A DNA stretch of 62,849 bases from Candidatus Giovannonibacteria bacterium RIFCSPLOWO2_12_FULL_43_11c. Lineage in GTDB: Bacteria; Patescibacteriota; Minisyncoccia; JACPKW01; UBA11713. Every line of letters starts with the position of its first letter. The first letter of the stretch is position 1. The stretch covers positions 1 to 62,849 of the forward strand of contig MFIO01000001.1 of NCBI GenBank assembly GCA_001780775.1, in the 5' to 3' direction. The notes under the pieces were generated by a model. The model saw only the letters and a list, made by a program, of their open reading frames with translations, had not been told where the DNA came from and searched no databases. Positions 43,848 through 53,199 of this stretch are shown here, piece after piece. A program made the position numbers and the translations under genes.

Positions 43848-44318
43848 ATGAAAGAGGCGCTTCGGGCTATAACTAAGAACGCTAAACAAACGGAAAAATT
43901 TGCAGAGGCGTTTGCGAGAGAAGTTTTAAGACTAAAAACTAAGCGCGCGATTTTAATTGGGCTAGAGGGGGAACTTGGCGCGGGGAAGACGACTTTCGCG
44001 AAGGGATTTGCGCGAGGGCTCGGGATCAAAGAGGAGATGAAAAGCCCGACTTTTATTTTGATGCGTGTTTTTCGAAGTTCGACTCCGACGTTTCGTCGGA
44101 GTCGAACTTCGTGGGAGCGTTTTTTTCATATCGACGCCTATCGCGATCAGATTGATTTTAGAGAATATCTAAAGAGCAAAAAAAATATTTTACTTGTTGA
44201 ATGGTCCGATAAAGCAAAAAAATTTCTTCCTAAAAATTATTTCAGGTTTGTTTTAAGAAGTCCGACTTCAAAGACACCCCGAAGTCGGACTTCGAGAGAG
44301 ATAAAGTTTTATGTCTAA
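43848..44318 (+). CDS. tsaE: tRNA t6A37 biosynthesis ATPase TsaE
   Basis: P-loop LEGELGAGKTTFAKG, then SPTF...HIDAYR. The gene is interrupted in frame by two palindromic elements. Confidence 0.8.
   Translation: MKEALRAITKNAKQTEKFAEAFAREVLRLKTKRAILIGLEGELGAGKTTFAKGFARGLGIKEEMKSPTFILMRVFRSSTPTFRRSRTSWERFFHIDAYRDQIDFREYLKSKKNILLVEWSDKAKKFLPKNYFRFVLRSPTSKTPRSRTSREIKFYV
44073..44111. repeat. Palindromic element copy (tsaE copy 1), perfect 18-bp arms
   Basis: CGAAGTTCGACTCCGACG-ttt-CGTCGGAGTCGAACTTCG is 39 nt and is read as RSSTPTFRRSRTS. Its half-sites differ from the consensus by a compensatory pair (CTTC->CTCC with GAAG->GGAG). Confidence 0.9.
44257..44293. repeat. GAAGTYCGACTTC palindromic element copy (tsaE copy 2)
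   Basis: GAAGTCCGACTTC-aaagacacccc-GAAGTCGGACTTC, read as RSPTSKTPRSRTSR near the C-terminus. Confidence 0.9.
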
Positions 44319-46917
44319 AGAGTTAAAACGTTTAGTTCTTCTCGACATGCACGCAATCCTGCACCGCTCTTTTCACGCGCTCCCGGCCTTCTCGTCTCCT
44401 AAAGGCGAGCCGACCGGCGCCTTGTACGGTTTTGTAACTTTTTTACTGAAAGCAATTCGCGAACTAAAACCGGATTACATCGCGGCGGCATACGATCTTC
44501 CCGAACCGACATTCAGGCATGTCGCATATGATAAATATAAAGGACAGAGGCCGGAGCTTGCGTCGGACTTAGCGATGCAGATAAAAAGGTCGTATGATAT
44601 TTTAAACGCCTTGGGGATTAAATTTTTCGAACACACAAAATTTGAAGCAGATGATATTATAGGAACTTTGGCTGAGAAGACGAAAATTATTAAAGATTTA
44701 GAAACAATAATTGCCTCTGGGGATATGGATACGCTGCAGCTTGTGGAGGGCGCGAAGGTTAGAGTCTTTACTCTTCGAAAAGGAATCAACGATACTGTTA
44801 TCTATGACGAGGAGAAAGTCCTGGAGAGATTTGGTTTCGGACCGGAACTCCTGGCGGACTATAAGGGGCTTCGCGGAGACCCATCGGATAATATTCCGGG
44901 AATCCCCGGCATTGGGGAGAAGGGGGCCACAGAGTTGATCTTGAAATTCGGTAACCTTGAGAAAATTTTTAAAGCGATAAAAAAAGATAGAGAAGCAGTA
45001 ATCAAAAAAGGCATTAAAGAGAGAACAGTTAAGCTTCTCGAAGAGCACGAAGAGGAGGCGCTTTTTTCGCGCGAGCTTGGGTTAATAAGAAGAGATGTTC
45101 CGATTGAGTTCGATCTCGAAAATTTAAAATGGAAAAACGGATACGACAATGAAAAAGTCATAGACCTTTTTAAAGAACTTGGTTTCATGTCGCTTTTATC
45201 GAAGCTTTCCTCCTTCACTGAAGTTCCTGCCTCGCCGGCAGGCGGGTCGGAGGACAAGCCCGCCGAAGCCGTTACTGATGCAAGTTCAGATTTTCTAGAA
45301 AAAGAAAATAAGATCTTTTGGCACGAATCGGATGGTAAAATTTACGCGGCGTCCGGCGCCGGAAAGGTTTTCTCTTTTGATGCGGATGATAAGAAATTAC
45401 AGGAACTTTTCTTATCTAAAAAGGAGCATTATTTTTTTGACGCGAAGAAAATAGCACATGCTCTAGGAGTCGGGGAATGTCCCAAGATTGCGTGCGATAT
45501 CAAAATAGCCGCGTGGCTATCGCGCCCGACTCTAGAGAGCCCTGGAATTTTTTCGACAGTGCATAATTTTCTGCCGAAAGAGACTGTAAGAGAAGGCGAA
45601 GTTACAAAAGCCGTTTCATTGCTTCCTAAGTTAGCCTCTGTTTTGGAAAAAGAGATGCGGGATAAAAAGTTAACGCGCGTTTGGGAAGAGATTGAATTAC
45701 TTCTAACCCCAGTTATCTATACCATGGAAAGAACTGGAATTTTAATTGATTTGGAATTTCTGGAAAAATTTTCGCGCGAGACCGAGAGAAAACTCCAAAA
45801 ACTGAGGGAGAAAATTTGGAAAATCTGCGGCACGGAGTTTAACATAAATTCTCCCAAACAATTGTCCGAAGTTCTTTTTGAGAAAATGAAGCTCACGGCC
45901 AAAGGATTGAAAAAAACCGGAACCGGCGCCAAATCCACCCGCGAGTCAGAGCTCCTAAAATTAAAAGGGACACATCCAGTTATTGAGGAATTGCTTTCTT
46001 ATCGCGAGCTCGCAAAACTTAAATCAACATATCTCGATACGCTTCCTAAAATGGCGGATGCGAAAGGAAGGGTCCATACGACTTACGACCAAGCGGGGAC
46101 GGCCACTGGGCGTCTTTCTTCATCCGATCCGAATTTGCAGAATATACCGATACGCTCGGAAGCCGGGAGAGAAGTTCGAAGGGCGTTCTTGGCGCGCTCT
46201 GGATTCGAACTGGTCGCGTTTGATTATTCCCAAATTGAACTTCGCATAGCGGCGATTCTTTCCGGAGATAAGAAAATGATCCGAGCGTTTAATGAAGGAA
46301 AGGATATCCATACCGCAACTGCGGTAGAAATTTTCAACGTCAAAGAAAACGAGGTTACGGATAATATGAGAAGGGAGGCCAAAGTCGTTAATTTTGGAAT
46401 TCTTTATGGCATGGGGGTTAATGCTCTTTCGCAAGCGCTCGAGGTTTCTAGGGAAAAAGCTCAGGAATTTTGGGAAGAATATTTTCGCGATTTTGACGGC
46501 GTTTATAAATTTCTCGAGGAGACAAAAAGAAAAGCGCGCGAGAAAGGTTATGTCGAAACACTTTTCGGGCGCAGGCGCTATCTGCCGGAAATTTATTCAC
46601 AAGCTGAATACATCAGAAAAGAGGCGGAGCGCATGGCGACTAATGCTCCCATACAGGGAACGGCCGCCGATATAGTCAAGCTCGGCATGATTCGGTCGCA
46701 AGATTTCATCGATAAAAATTTAACAGGCAAGGCCTTTCAGCTTCTGCAAATACACGATGAGCTCTTATTCGAAATTAGTAAAGCAGACGTCAATTATTTT
46801 ATCAAAGGAATCAAGAAAATTCTGGAAGAAATATATAAGGGTGATGTTATCCTCAAGGTTGAGGCGAAAGTCGGTCCGAATTGGGGGGAAATGAAGAAAT
46901 ATGATATCCTAAAATAA
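44311..46917 (+). CDS. polA: DNA polymerase I
   Basis: 868 aa with a 5'-3' exonuclease N-terminus (GDPSDNIPGIPGIGEKGA). Polymerase motifs are DYSQIELR, RREAKVVNFGILYG and QIHDELLFE. Confidence 0.95.
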   Translation: MSKELKRLVLLDMHAILHRSFHALPAFSSPKGEPTGALYGFVTFLLKAIRELKPDYIAAAYDLPEPTFRHVAYDKYKGQRPELASDLAMQIKRSYDILNALGIKFFEHTKFEADDIIGTLAEKTKIIKDLETIIASGDMDTLQLVEGAKVRVFTLRKGINDTVIYDEEKVLERFGFGPELLADYKGLRGDPSDNIPGIPGIGEKGATELILKFGNLEKIFKAIKKDREAVIKKGIKERTVKLLEEHEEEALFSRELGLIRRDVPIEFDLENLKWKNGYDNEKVIDLFKELGFMSLLSKLSSFTEVPASPAGGSEDKPAEAVTDASSDFLEKENKIFWHESDGKIYAASGAGKVFSFDADDKKLQELFLSKKEHYFFDAKKIAHALGVGECPKIACDIKIAAWLSRPTLESPGIFSTVHNFLPKETVREGEVTKAVSLLPKLASVLEKEMRDKKLTRVWEEIELLLTPVIYTMERTGILIDLEFLEKFSRETERKLQKLREKIWKICGTEFNINSPKQLSEVLFEKMKLTAKGLKKTGTGAKSTRESELLKLKGTHPVIEELLSYRELAKLKSTYLDTLPKMADAKGRVHTTYDQAGTATGRLSSSDPNLQNIPIRSEAGREVRRAFLARSGFELVAFDYSQIELRIAAILSGDKKMIRAFNEGKDIHTATAVEIFNVKENEVTDNMRREAKVVNFGILYGMGVNALSQALEVSREKAQEFWEEYFRDFDGVYKFLEETKRKAREKGYVETLFGRRRYLPEIYSQAEYIRKEAERMATNAPIQGTAADIVKLGMIRSQDFIDKNLTGKAFQLLQIHDELLFEISKADVNYFIKGIKKILEEIYKGDVILKVEAKVGPNWGEMKKYDILK
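45226..45264. repeat. Two GC-rich hairpins in the polA interdomain linker
   Basis: CCTGCC-tcgcc-GGCAGG (45226-45242) overlaps GGCGGG-N12-CCCGCC (45241-45264). The region is read as PASPAGGSEDKPAE. Confidence 0.5.
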
Positions 46918-46922
46918 AAGAC

Positions 46923-47297
46923 ATGAAGATTTTAATTATCGAAGACGATAAATTTTTGCGGGATCTGATGTCCCAGAAGCTTGTCAAAGAGGGATTTAAC
47001 GTCAAAGAGGCGCTCGATGGAGAGGATGGCCTCAAAATAGCTCTTGAAGAAACCCCGGATCTCATCCTGTTAGATTTGATTTTACCGCGGATAGACGGAT
47101 TTGAAGTGCTCGAAAGAATAAAGAAAAATGAGAAGCTTTCGGATCTGCCGGTTTTGATTCTCTCCAATCTCGGGCAAAAAGCGGATGTGCAGCGAGCTAT
47201 GTCTATGGGCGCGCAGGAATTCTTGATAAAATCAAACTTCACTCTCGGAGAAATTGTTGAGAAAATAAAAACGATTTTGAAGAAAAAATACGTTTAG
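46923..47297 (+). CDS. Stand-alone response-regulator receiver domain protein
   Basis: 124 aa with ILIIEDD, LILLDLILPRIDG and a conserved K in FLIKS. Confidence 0.85.
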   Translation: MKILIIEDDKFLRDLMSQKLVKEGFNVKEALDGEDGLKIALEETPDLILLDLILPRIDGFEVLERIKKNEKLSDLPVLILSNLGQKADVQRAMSMGAQEFLIKSNFTLGEIVEKIKTILKKKYV

Positions 47298-47299
47298 CC

Positions 47300-48154
47300 A
47301 TGCTCTATTTATTTCACGGTGAGCCTTTTTGGATTCAGGAAAAGCTATTGGAACTGGAAAAAAGGGCCACGGAAAAGAACTACGAAGTTTTTAAAATCAG
47401 GGACGATTCCCAAGTTCCGTTAAATTCATTTTTATCACGCGACCTCTTCGGCAAAAAAACTTTTTTAATATTGGATAACGTTCTTGAAATTCCCGAGCGG
47501 GGAGAAGAGGTTAAGAAGCTTGCTGAAGATTTTTCTCGCTCTGAAAATATTATTGCGGTGGTTGAGGAAGATATTTCTGAATCGTCGGCGAAAGCTTTCG
47601 AGAAAGCCGGCGCAAATATAAAAGAATTCAAGAAGCCTTCCGCGGCTAAGTTTTTGGCATGGTTATCGGTAAAAGCGAAAGCGGCCGGGCTAAATTTATC
47701 TAAACAGGACACAGATATATTGATTCTTGAGACGGGATCGAACCCTTTTGCTATTTTGAATAAACTCGAAAGGCTTTCTCTTGAGAGCCGTTTGCCCGCC
47801 AGATTGCCGAAAGCTGTCGGCGGGAACTATTTCAATTTTGCGGACGCGGTTTTCGGAAAAAGAAAAAATCAGGCGATATCCATGCTACGCTCTTATATAA
47901 GAGATGGGCTTGGGGCAGAGGAAGCATTTTGGAAGCTTCGGTGGAAGATTAAAACTCTGCGCCTGGTGGATTCCGGGAAGAAGACGACAAATCTGCATCC
48001 TTTTGTTCAGAAAAAAGCGATTCAAGATCTTCAAAATTTTTCCTCCAGGGAATTAAAAAAAATTTCCCAAGATCTTCTTGATATTTTCTCGGAAGTCAGG
48101 AGGGGGGAGGATAATTTTGAAGATGGGCTCGAAAGATTGATTATTAAGCTCTAA
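47300..48154 (+). CDS. holA: DNA polymerase III delta subunit-like protein
   Basis: 284 aa. Called only from its size, the N-terminal LYLFHGEPFWIQEKL pattern and its position near polA. Weak assignment. Confidence 0.5.
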   Translation: MLYLFHGEPFWIQEKLLELEKRATEKNYEVFKIRDDSQVPLNSFLSRDLFGKKTFLILDNVLEIPERGEEVKKLAEDFSRSENIIAVVEEDISESSAKAFEKAGANIKEFKKPSAAKFLAWLSVKAKAAGLNLSKQDTDILILETGSNPFAILNKLERLSLESRLPARLPKAVGGNYFNFADAVFGKRKNQAISMLRSYIRDGLGAEEAFWKLRWKIKTLRLVDSGKKTTNLHPFVQKKAIQDLQNFSSRELKKISQDLLDIFSEVRRGEDNFEDGLERLIIKL

Positions 48155-48401
48155 TTCTTTTCGAGAGCCTGGATTTTTTTCGGGAGGCTGTATTGGCATC
48201 AAGAATTTTTTGTTTGACGGCTTTATCCAGAGCTTTTTGAACTGTCGGGAAATAATTTCTAGCCTCGTCTAATTTTTTCTCCTTCATAAGCCGCGAGAAT
48301 GTCTTAAGCGCTTTCGCGAGCGAGGCCTTGCGCCCCAAATTTCTCTCTTTATTACGAAGAGACTTCCTATGCGCTTTTTTTGCTGATTTTGTTATTGGCA
48401 T
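48144..48401 (-). CDS. rpsT: 30S ribosomal protein S20
   Basis: 85 aa starting MPITKSAKKAHRKSLRNKERN... Confidence 0.9.
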   Translation of the reverse strand: MPITKSAKKAHRKSLRNKERNLGRKASLAKALKTFSRLMKEKKLDEARNYFPTVQKALDKAVKQKILDANTASRKKSRLSKRIRA

Positions 48402-48499
48402 ATTTGGCTATACTACATCAAGATTTTGAAGTTTGCAATAAAGCTCGGGGCGGTTATCCTCGAGCTTTTTGCTTGTACCTTTCGGCGTTGTGTGATTGC

Positions 48500-48745
48500 T
48501 TAATCGCCGTACTCCGAGGCGTTTTGCATTTTGAATTTCTTACCGACTTGGATTTCGCTTTCACATAGGAGTTTGTAATCTTTGCCTGCGAAACTCCAAG
48601 GAAGTCCCTCAAGAAATGGGTGCTTAATCTGAAGTTGTTTGAACGCATGCTCTGGCGTCTCGGCGTCAAATGAGCTCCCTATTTTCTTGTGGCAGGATTC
48701 TTCACCCCACACACTCCACACAGCAAGAAGCGCGAAAGTAGGCAT
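48500..48745 (-). CDS. Hypothetical protein
   Basis: 81 aa with a strong Shine-Dalgarno (GGAGGaattATG). No family recognised. The overlapping track ORF 48454..48669 was rejected. Confidence 0.55.
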   Translation of the reverse strand: MPTFALLAVWSVWGEESCHKKIGSSFDAETPEHAFKQLQIKHPFLEGLPWSFAGKDYKLLCESEIQVGKKFKMQNASEYGD

Positions 48746-48792
48746 AATTCCTCCTTAAAAAACTTTTTAGTATTATAACAGCACGTAAGCAG

Positions 48793-50823
48793 TTATGCCA
48801 GAGTTTTTAGTACGTCCCGGTATTTCGCGGCTTTTTCGAATTCAAGGTTCGAGGCGGCCTCGAGCATCATTTTCTCCAAATCTTTTTTCGCGGAAACACG
48901 GTCCTTTTTGGAAAGCTTTTCCATCTCTTTCGAGATATCAGAAGTTTTTTTAATTTCTTCGAATATGGATGGGCGGATTTCTTTTTTAATCTGCCTCGGC
49001 GTGATGCCATGCTCGCGGTTGAAATTCTCTTGATATTCTCTACGGCGTTTGGTTTCATCAACCGTAAATTGCATAGATTCGGTCATAACATCTCCGTATA
49101 AAGTCGCGCGGCCGTTGATATGGCGCGCCGCGCGCCCGACGGTCTGGATCAAACTCGTTTTGTTTCGTAAAAACCCCTCTTTATCCGCGTCCAAGATTAA
49201 GATAAGCGCGACCTCCGGCAGGTCGAGCCCCTCTCTTAGAAGGTTTATCCCGACTAAAACATCAAATTCTCCCCTGCGAAGGCGGCGCAAAATATCCGTC
49301 CGCGCCAGAGTCTTTATCTCTGAATGAAGATATTCCGCGCGGATATTTTTTTCTTTAAGGTAATCCGATATTTCTTCAGCCATTCTCTTCGTCAGTGTCA
49401 GGAGCAAAACGCGCTCTTTGACTTTAACTGCTTTAATTATCTCTTCTTCTGCGTTTTTAATTTGTTCTCTTGCGGGCCTGATTTTGATTATCGGATCCAG
49501 TAACCCCGTCGGGCGGACGAGTTGTTCAATAACCCCTGAACCGAAGTTCGACTTCAAGGTGCCCCGAAGTCGAACTTCGGTAGATTTAGCAATTTCATAC
49601 GGCCCGGGTGTGGCCGATACGAATATCGCCTGCCCGACTTTTTTTTCAAACTCCTCGAATTTTAGCGGGCGGTTGTCTAGCGCCGAGGGTAGGCGAAATC
49701 CGTATTCGACAAGCGTTTTTTTACGCGCCTGATCCCCGAAATACATCCCTTTTATCTGCGGGACCGACATATGCGATTCATCAACAAAAAATAGTGTATC
49801 TTTTGGCAGATAATCAATCAATGTATAAGGAGGGGAGCCGGGCTTTCGCGCCGAGAGGTGTCGAGAATAATTCTCGATCCCGGAACAATACCCAACGTTT
49901 TTTAGCATTTCTAAATCAAACCGCGTCCTTTGCTCGATTCTCTCGGCTTCGAGCAATTTCCCTTCCTTTTTTAACTCGCGGACCCTCGTCTCCAACTCTT
50001 TTTTTATATTTTTCATTGCCCGTTCGATTTTTTCCCTTGGCGTAACGAAATGTTTTGCCGGGAAGATTTTTACCTCGCTCGGAAAAACAAGCTCCTTAAC
50101 ACCGGGTGTTTGAATCTCCCCAACACCCGGTGTTTTCCTGCCCGTTGGGGAAAGCGAGGTTATTCTTTCGATTTCGTCTCCGAAAAATTCAACGCGCGTA
50201 ATAGTCTCTCCGTCTGGGGAAGCTATATCGATTACGTCCCCTTTAACGGAATAAGTTCCTGCTCTTAAGTCAAAGTCTCCGCGTTCGTATTGGATGTCCG
50301 CCAAATCGCACAAAAACTTTTGCCGCCCTATCCGCAAGCCAATTTTTAATTCGACCGACATCGCGCCGTACTCCTCCGGATCGCCTACGCCATAAATGCA
50401 GGAGACCGAGGCAACGATTATAAAGTCTCTCCGTGTGAGCGCGGACTGGGTTGCCGAATGGCGCAGGCGGTCTATGAATTCATTTATTTTGGCATCTTTT
50501 TCTATATAAGTGTCAGTCACTGGCAGATACGCCTCCGGCTGGTAATAATCATAGTAAGAAACGAAATAATGGACGGCATTTTCCGGAAAAAATTCTTTGA
50601 ATTCCTGATACAATTGCGCGGCGAGAGTTTTATTATGCGAAATAATCAAAGCCGGCCGCCCAATTTCAGCAATCGTATGCGCCATCGTGAGTGTTTTCCC
50701 GGATCCAGTCACGCCAAGCAAAGTCTGGAATCTTTTTTTTGCGCGAATCCCCGCGACCAATTTCTTTATCGCCTCCGGCTGATCACCAGCTGGTTTCAAT
50801 AAATTTTTGTTCGAAAAATTCAT
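48793..50823 (-). CDS. uvrB: Excinuclease ABC subunit B
   Basis: 676 aa with [22 protein letters not shown] and a C-terminal UVR motif [11 protein letters not shown]. One palindromic element lies in frame. Confidence 0.95.
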   Translation of the reverse strand: MNFSNKNLLKPAGDQPEAIKKLVAGIRAKKRFQTLLGVTGSGKTLTMAHTIAEIGRPALIISHNKTLAAQLYQEFKEFFPENAVHYFVSYYDYYQPEAYLPVTDTYIEKDAKINEFIDRLRHSATQSALTRRDFIIVASVSCIYGVGDPEEYGAMSVELKIGLRIGRQKFLCDLADIQYERGDFDLRAGTYSVKGDVIDIASPDGETITRVEFFGDEIERITSLSPTGRKTPGVGEIQTPGVKELVFPSEVKIFPAKHFVTPREKIERAMKNIKKELETRVRELKKEGKLLEAERIEQRTRFDLEMLKNVGYCSGIENYSRHLSARKPGSPPYTLIDYLPKDTLFFVDESHMSVPQIKGMYFGDQARKKTLVEYGFRLPSALDNRPLKFEEFEKKVGQAIFVSATPGPYEIAKSTEVRLRGTLKSNFGSGVIEQLVRPTGLLDPIIKIRPAREQIKNAEEEIIKAVKVKERVLLLTLTKRMAEEISDYLKEKNIRAEYLHSEIKTLARTDILRRLRRGEFDVLVGINLLREGLDLPEVALILILDADKEGFLRNKTSLIQTVGRAARHINGRATLYGDVMTESMQFTVDETKRRREYQENFNREHGITPRQIKKEIRPSIFEEIKKTSDISKEMEKLSKKDRVSAKKDLEKMMLEAASNLEFEKAAKYRDVLKTLA
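49543..49578. repeat. GAAGTYCGACTTC palindromic element copy (in uvrB)
   Basis: ccGAAGTTCGACTTC-aaggtgcccc-GAAGTCGAACTTCgg is read on the minus strand as [13 protein letters not shown], directly before the conserved [14 protein letters not shown]. Confidence 0.9.
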
Positions 50824-50858
50824 TTTGGCAAACTTATATTATAGCATAAGATTAACTT

Positions 50859-51431
50859 ATGATCGGATATCTTGAAGGTAAGGTTATTTCAAGGCGGGAG
50901 AAGCATATAATCTTAAATGTCGGCGGGGTCGGGTATAAAGTTATGTTAAACACAGAAACGCTCCATAAATTTTCCGAGGGATCGGATGCCAAAATATGGA
51001 CGCACCTGCAACAGAGGGAAGACACCATCGAGCTATATGGATTTATAACTCCGGACGAGCTCGAATTGTTCGAAACTCTGATTAGCGTTTCCGGCGTTGG
51101 GCCGAAGACAGCACTTTCTGTTTTAGGCGTTGCTCCAGCGGATACTTTAAAGCGGGCTATTTCTTCAGGAGAGATAGGCTATCTCACGAAAGTTTCCGGA
51201 ATAGGACGCAAAACCGCTGAAAAAATTATGTTGGAGCTTCGGGAGAAGTTTGGGAAAGCAACTGTGGAAGGAGTGGAGTTGAAAGAAGAGCAGGATGTTA
51301 TCGAAGCACTCGAATCTCTGGGTTACTCCGCGCGGGATGTCCGGGAAGCGCTGCGAAAAATCCCGGATGAGATAAAAGGGACATCCAAGCGCGTCAAAGA
51401 AGCGTTAAAAATTTTAGGCGGAAATGGATAG
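50859..51431 (+). CDS. ruvA: Holliday junction DNA helicase subunit RuvA
   Basis: MIGYLEGKV..., the HhH motif LISVSGVGPKTALSVL, and a C-terminal domain III. Confidence 0.9.
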   Translation: MIGYLEGKVISRREKHIILNVGGVGYKVMLNTETLHKFSEGSDAKIWTHLQQREDTIELYGFITPDELELFETLISVSGVGPKTALSVLGVAPADTLKRAISSGEIGYLTKVSGIGRKTAEKIMLELREKFGKATVEGVELKEEQDVIEALESLGYSARDVREALRKIPDEIKGTSKRVKEALKILGGNG

Positions 51432-52626
51432 GATGCTACGCGCGATAAAAAAAATTATTCCCGAACCGATTTTTGATTTTTTCTCGCCTTTTTATCATTG
51501 GCTTCTTTCTTTTCTCGCGGCGTTTATATACTGGTTCCCGGCGAGGTCAATGAAAGTTGTCGGCGTCACTGGCACTTCCGGAAAAACCACGACTGTCGAA
51601 TTTTTATATAAAATTTTTACGGACGCTGGATTCAAAACAGCGTCTCTCTCCGGCATCTGGTTTCGGATTCTGGACAAGTCCGAGCCGAATCTTTTGAAAA
51701 TGACCATGCCCGGGAGGTTTCGAGTTCATAGATTTTTATACGAGGCGAAAAAAGCTGGCGCAGAATACGTTTTTATCGAGATTACGTCCGAGGGAATTAA
51801 ACAATATCGGCATAAATTCATAAAATTCTACGCCGCGATTTTGACCAATCTTTCTGAAGAGCATCTTGAATCGCACGGCGGCTTTGCAAATTACCGCGAG
51901 GCCAAGGGCGAGCTTTTCAAAATAGCACCCCTAGTTTTTTTAAACGGGGAGGATCCGAATCTCGAATATTTTCAGAAAATTTCTCCGAAAGAAAAGATTA
52001 TTTATATAGCTTCGGACTACCCGCCCGATTTGAAATTAAATTTGACCGGGGAATTCAATAAAATGAACGCGGTTGCCTCCCTCGCTTTCGCGAAATGGGA
52101 GGGGGTGCTCCCGAGCGTGGCCAAGGAAGCACTCACCAAGATTCCGGGGATTCCCGGCAGAATGGAATATGTGGACGTTCCAGCCGGAATTAGAAAAGAT
52201 TTTCGTGTTTTGGTTGATTACGCTTTTCTGCCACAGACGCTGATTAAAGTCTACGCGCAAGCGAGATCGGAGAGTTCCGGGCTTGTCTGCGTTTTGGGGG
52301 CGGCGGGAGGGGGGCGGGATAAATGGAAGCGCCCGCTTTTGGGGGATATCGCTTCGGAATTTTGCAGAAAAGTTTTTATTACGAACGAAGACCCTTACGA
52401 TGACGACCCAATGCAGATAATGGGCGAGGTTGCTGGAGATCATAAATTCGAAATAATTTTGGATAGGAGGCAGGCGATACGGCTTGCTTTGGAGCAGACA
52501 AAACCCGGGGAGACGCTCGTGATTACTGGCAAAGGAGCGGAGCCTTGGATTATGGGATCCGGCGGATCAAAAATTCCATGGGACGATCGCCTAGTTGTCC
52601 ACGAGGAGTGGGAAAAAATGAAATAA
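51424..52626 (+). CDS. Mur ligase family protein (MurE-like core without the usual N-terminal domain)
   Basis: 400 aa with a hydrophobic N-terminal segment, the P-loop VVGVTGTSGKTTT, and middle and C-terminal Mur ligase domain patterns (ILTNLSEEHLESHG). Confidence 0.7.
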   Translation: MDRMLRAIKKIIPEPIFDFFSPFYHWLLSFLAAFIYWFPARSMKVVGVTGTSGKTTTVEFLYKIFTDAGFKTASLSGIWFRILDKSEPNLLKMTMPGRFRVHRFLYEAKKAGAEYVFIEITSEGIKQYRHKFIKFYAAILTNLSEEHLESHGGFANYREAKGELFKIAPLVFLNGEDPNLEYFQKISPKEKIIYIASDYPPDLKLNLTGEFNKMNAVASLAFAKWEGVLPSVAKEALTKIPGIPGRMEYVDVPAGIRKDFRVLVDYAFLPQTLIKVYAQARSESSGLVCVLGAAGGGRDKWKRPLLGDIASEFCRKVFITNEDPYDDDPMQIMGEVAGDHKFEIILDRRQAIRLALEQTKPGETLVITGKGAEPWIMGSGGSKIPWDDRLVVHEEWEKMK

Positions 52627-52656
52627 TCCCGTCACTGCGCGAGCGACGGGATTATT
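52622..52656. terminator. Bidirectional hairpin terminator
   Basis: A 12-bp stem AATAATCCCGTC / GACGGGATTATT with an 11-nt loop, between convergent genes. Confidence 0.65.
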
Positions 52657-52676
52657 CTTCGCAAAGAACGACTCTT

Positions 52677-52976
52677 CTAGAATCCGAGTTTTCCCCGGAA
52701 GGCGATGACCTCGGGTATGGGTGGGTTTTTGGTGCTGAATGTGGGGGTGGCAGGAACCTCAACAACGTGTTTTACGTATTGAGTTTTATTGAGCTCCTCC
52801 TCGATCGTCTCGCAGTTTTTAATACCTCTAATCTTAAGGGCGAACCGCGAATTGCCTTTGGATTTTGAGCCAGAAACCTTTATTGCCATTCCCTCCGCGA
52901 GATTTCCGACTGTTTTTATAACGTGTCCTTTATTGCCGATTTTCTCATTGGCTTCTCTCTTCGTGAAAAAAAGCAT
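52677..52976 (-). CDS. Hypothetical protein
   Basis: 99 aa from the ATG at 52976, with Shine-Dalgarno AGGGGG 5 nt upstream. No family recognised. Confidence 0.5.
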   Translation of the reverse strand: MLFFTKREANEKIGNKGHVIKTVGNLAEGMAIKVSGSKSKGNSRFALKIRGIKNCETIEEELNKTQYVKHVVEVPATPTFSTKNPPIPEVIAFRGKLGF

Positions 52977-53013
52977 TATTCCCCCTTGCTTCACCAACAC
53001 CTACTTTATAGTT

Positions 53014-53028
53014 GAGAAACCGTTTCTC
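53014..53028. promoter_or_regulatory. 15-bp perfect palindrome GAGAAACCGTTTCTC (operator-like)
   Basis: It lies 3 nt upstream of a minus-strand TATAAA box (53005-53010) that precedes the gene at 52976. Confidence 0.3.
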
Positions 53029-53199
53029 CCTCAGAAGTCACGCATCTGTAAAATATGGCGTTTCCTGTTTTTCAAGGTAATCCATAACCTCCTTCGGTTT
53101 TTCTTAACTTTAGCATTTTCGGATATAAAAAACAAGTCCTGGACAGAATTTCTTAAAAGTTTTAAGGTTAAATTGAAAATATCTTTGAAGGAGGCAAAC

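Noticed and set aside
5273-49578. The 36-37-nt palindromes as CRISPR repeats
   Set aside because: The copies are dispersed singly, tens of kb apart and mostly inside ORFs. There is no array of regularly spaced repeats and no cas genes.
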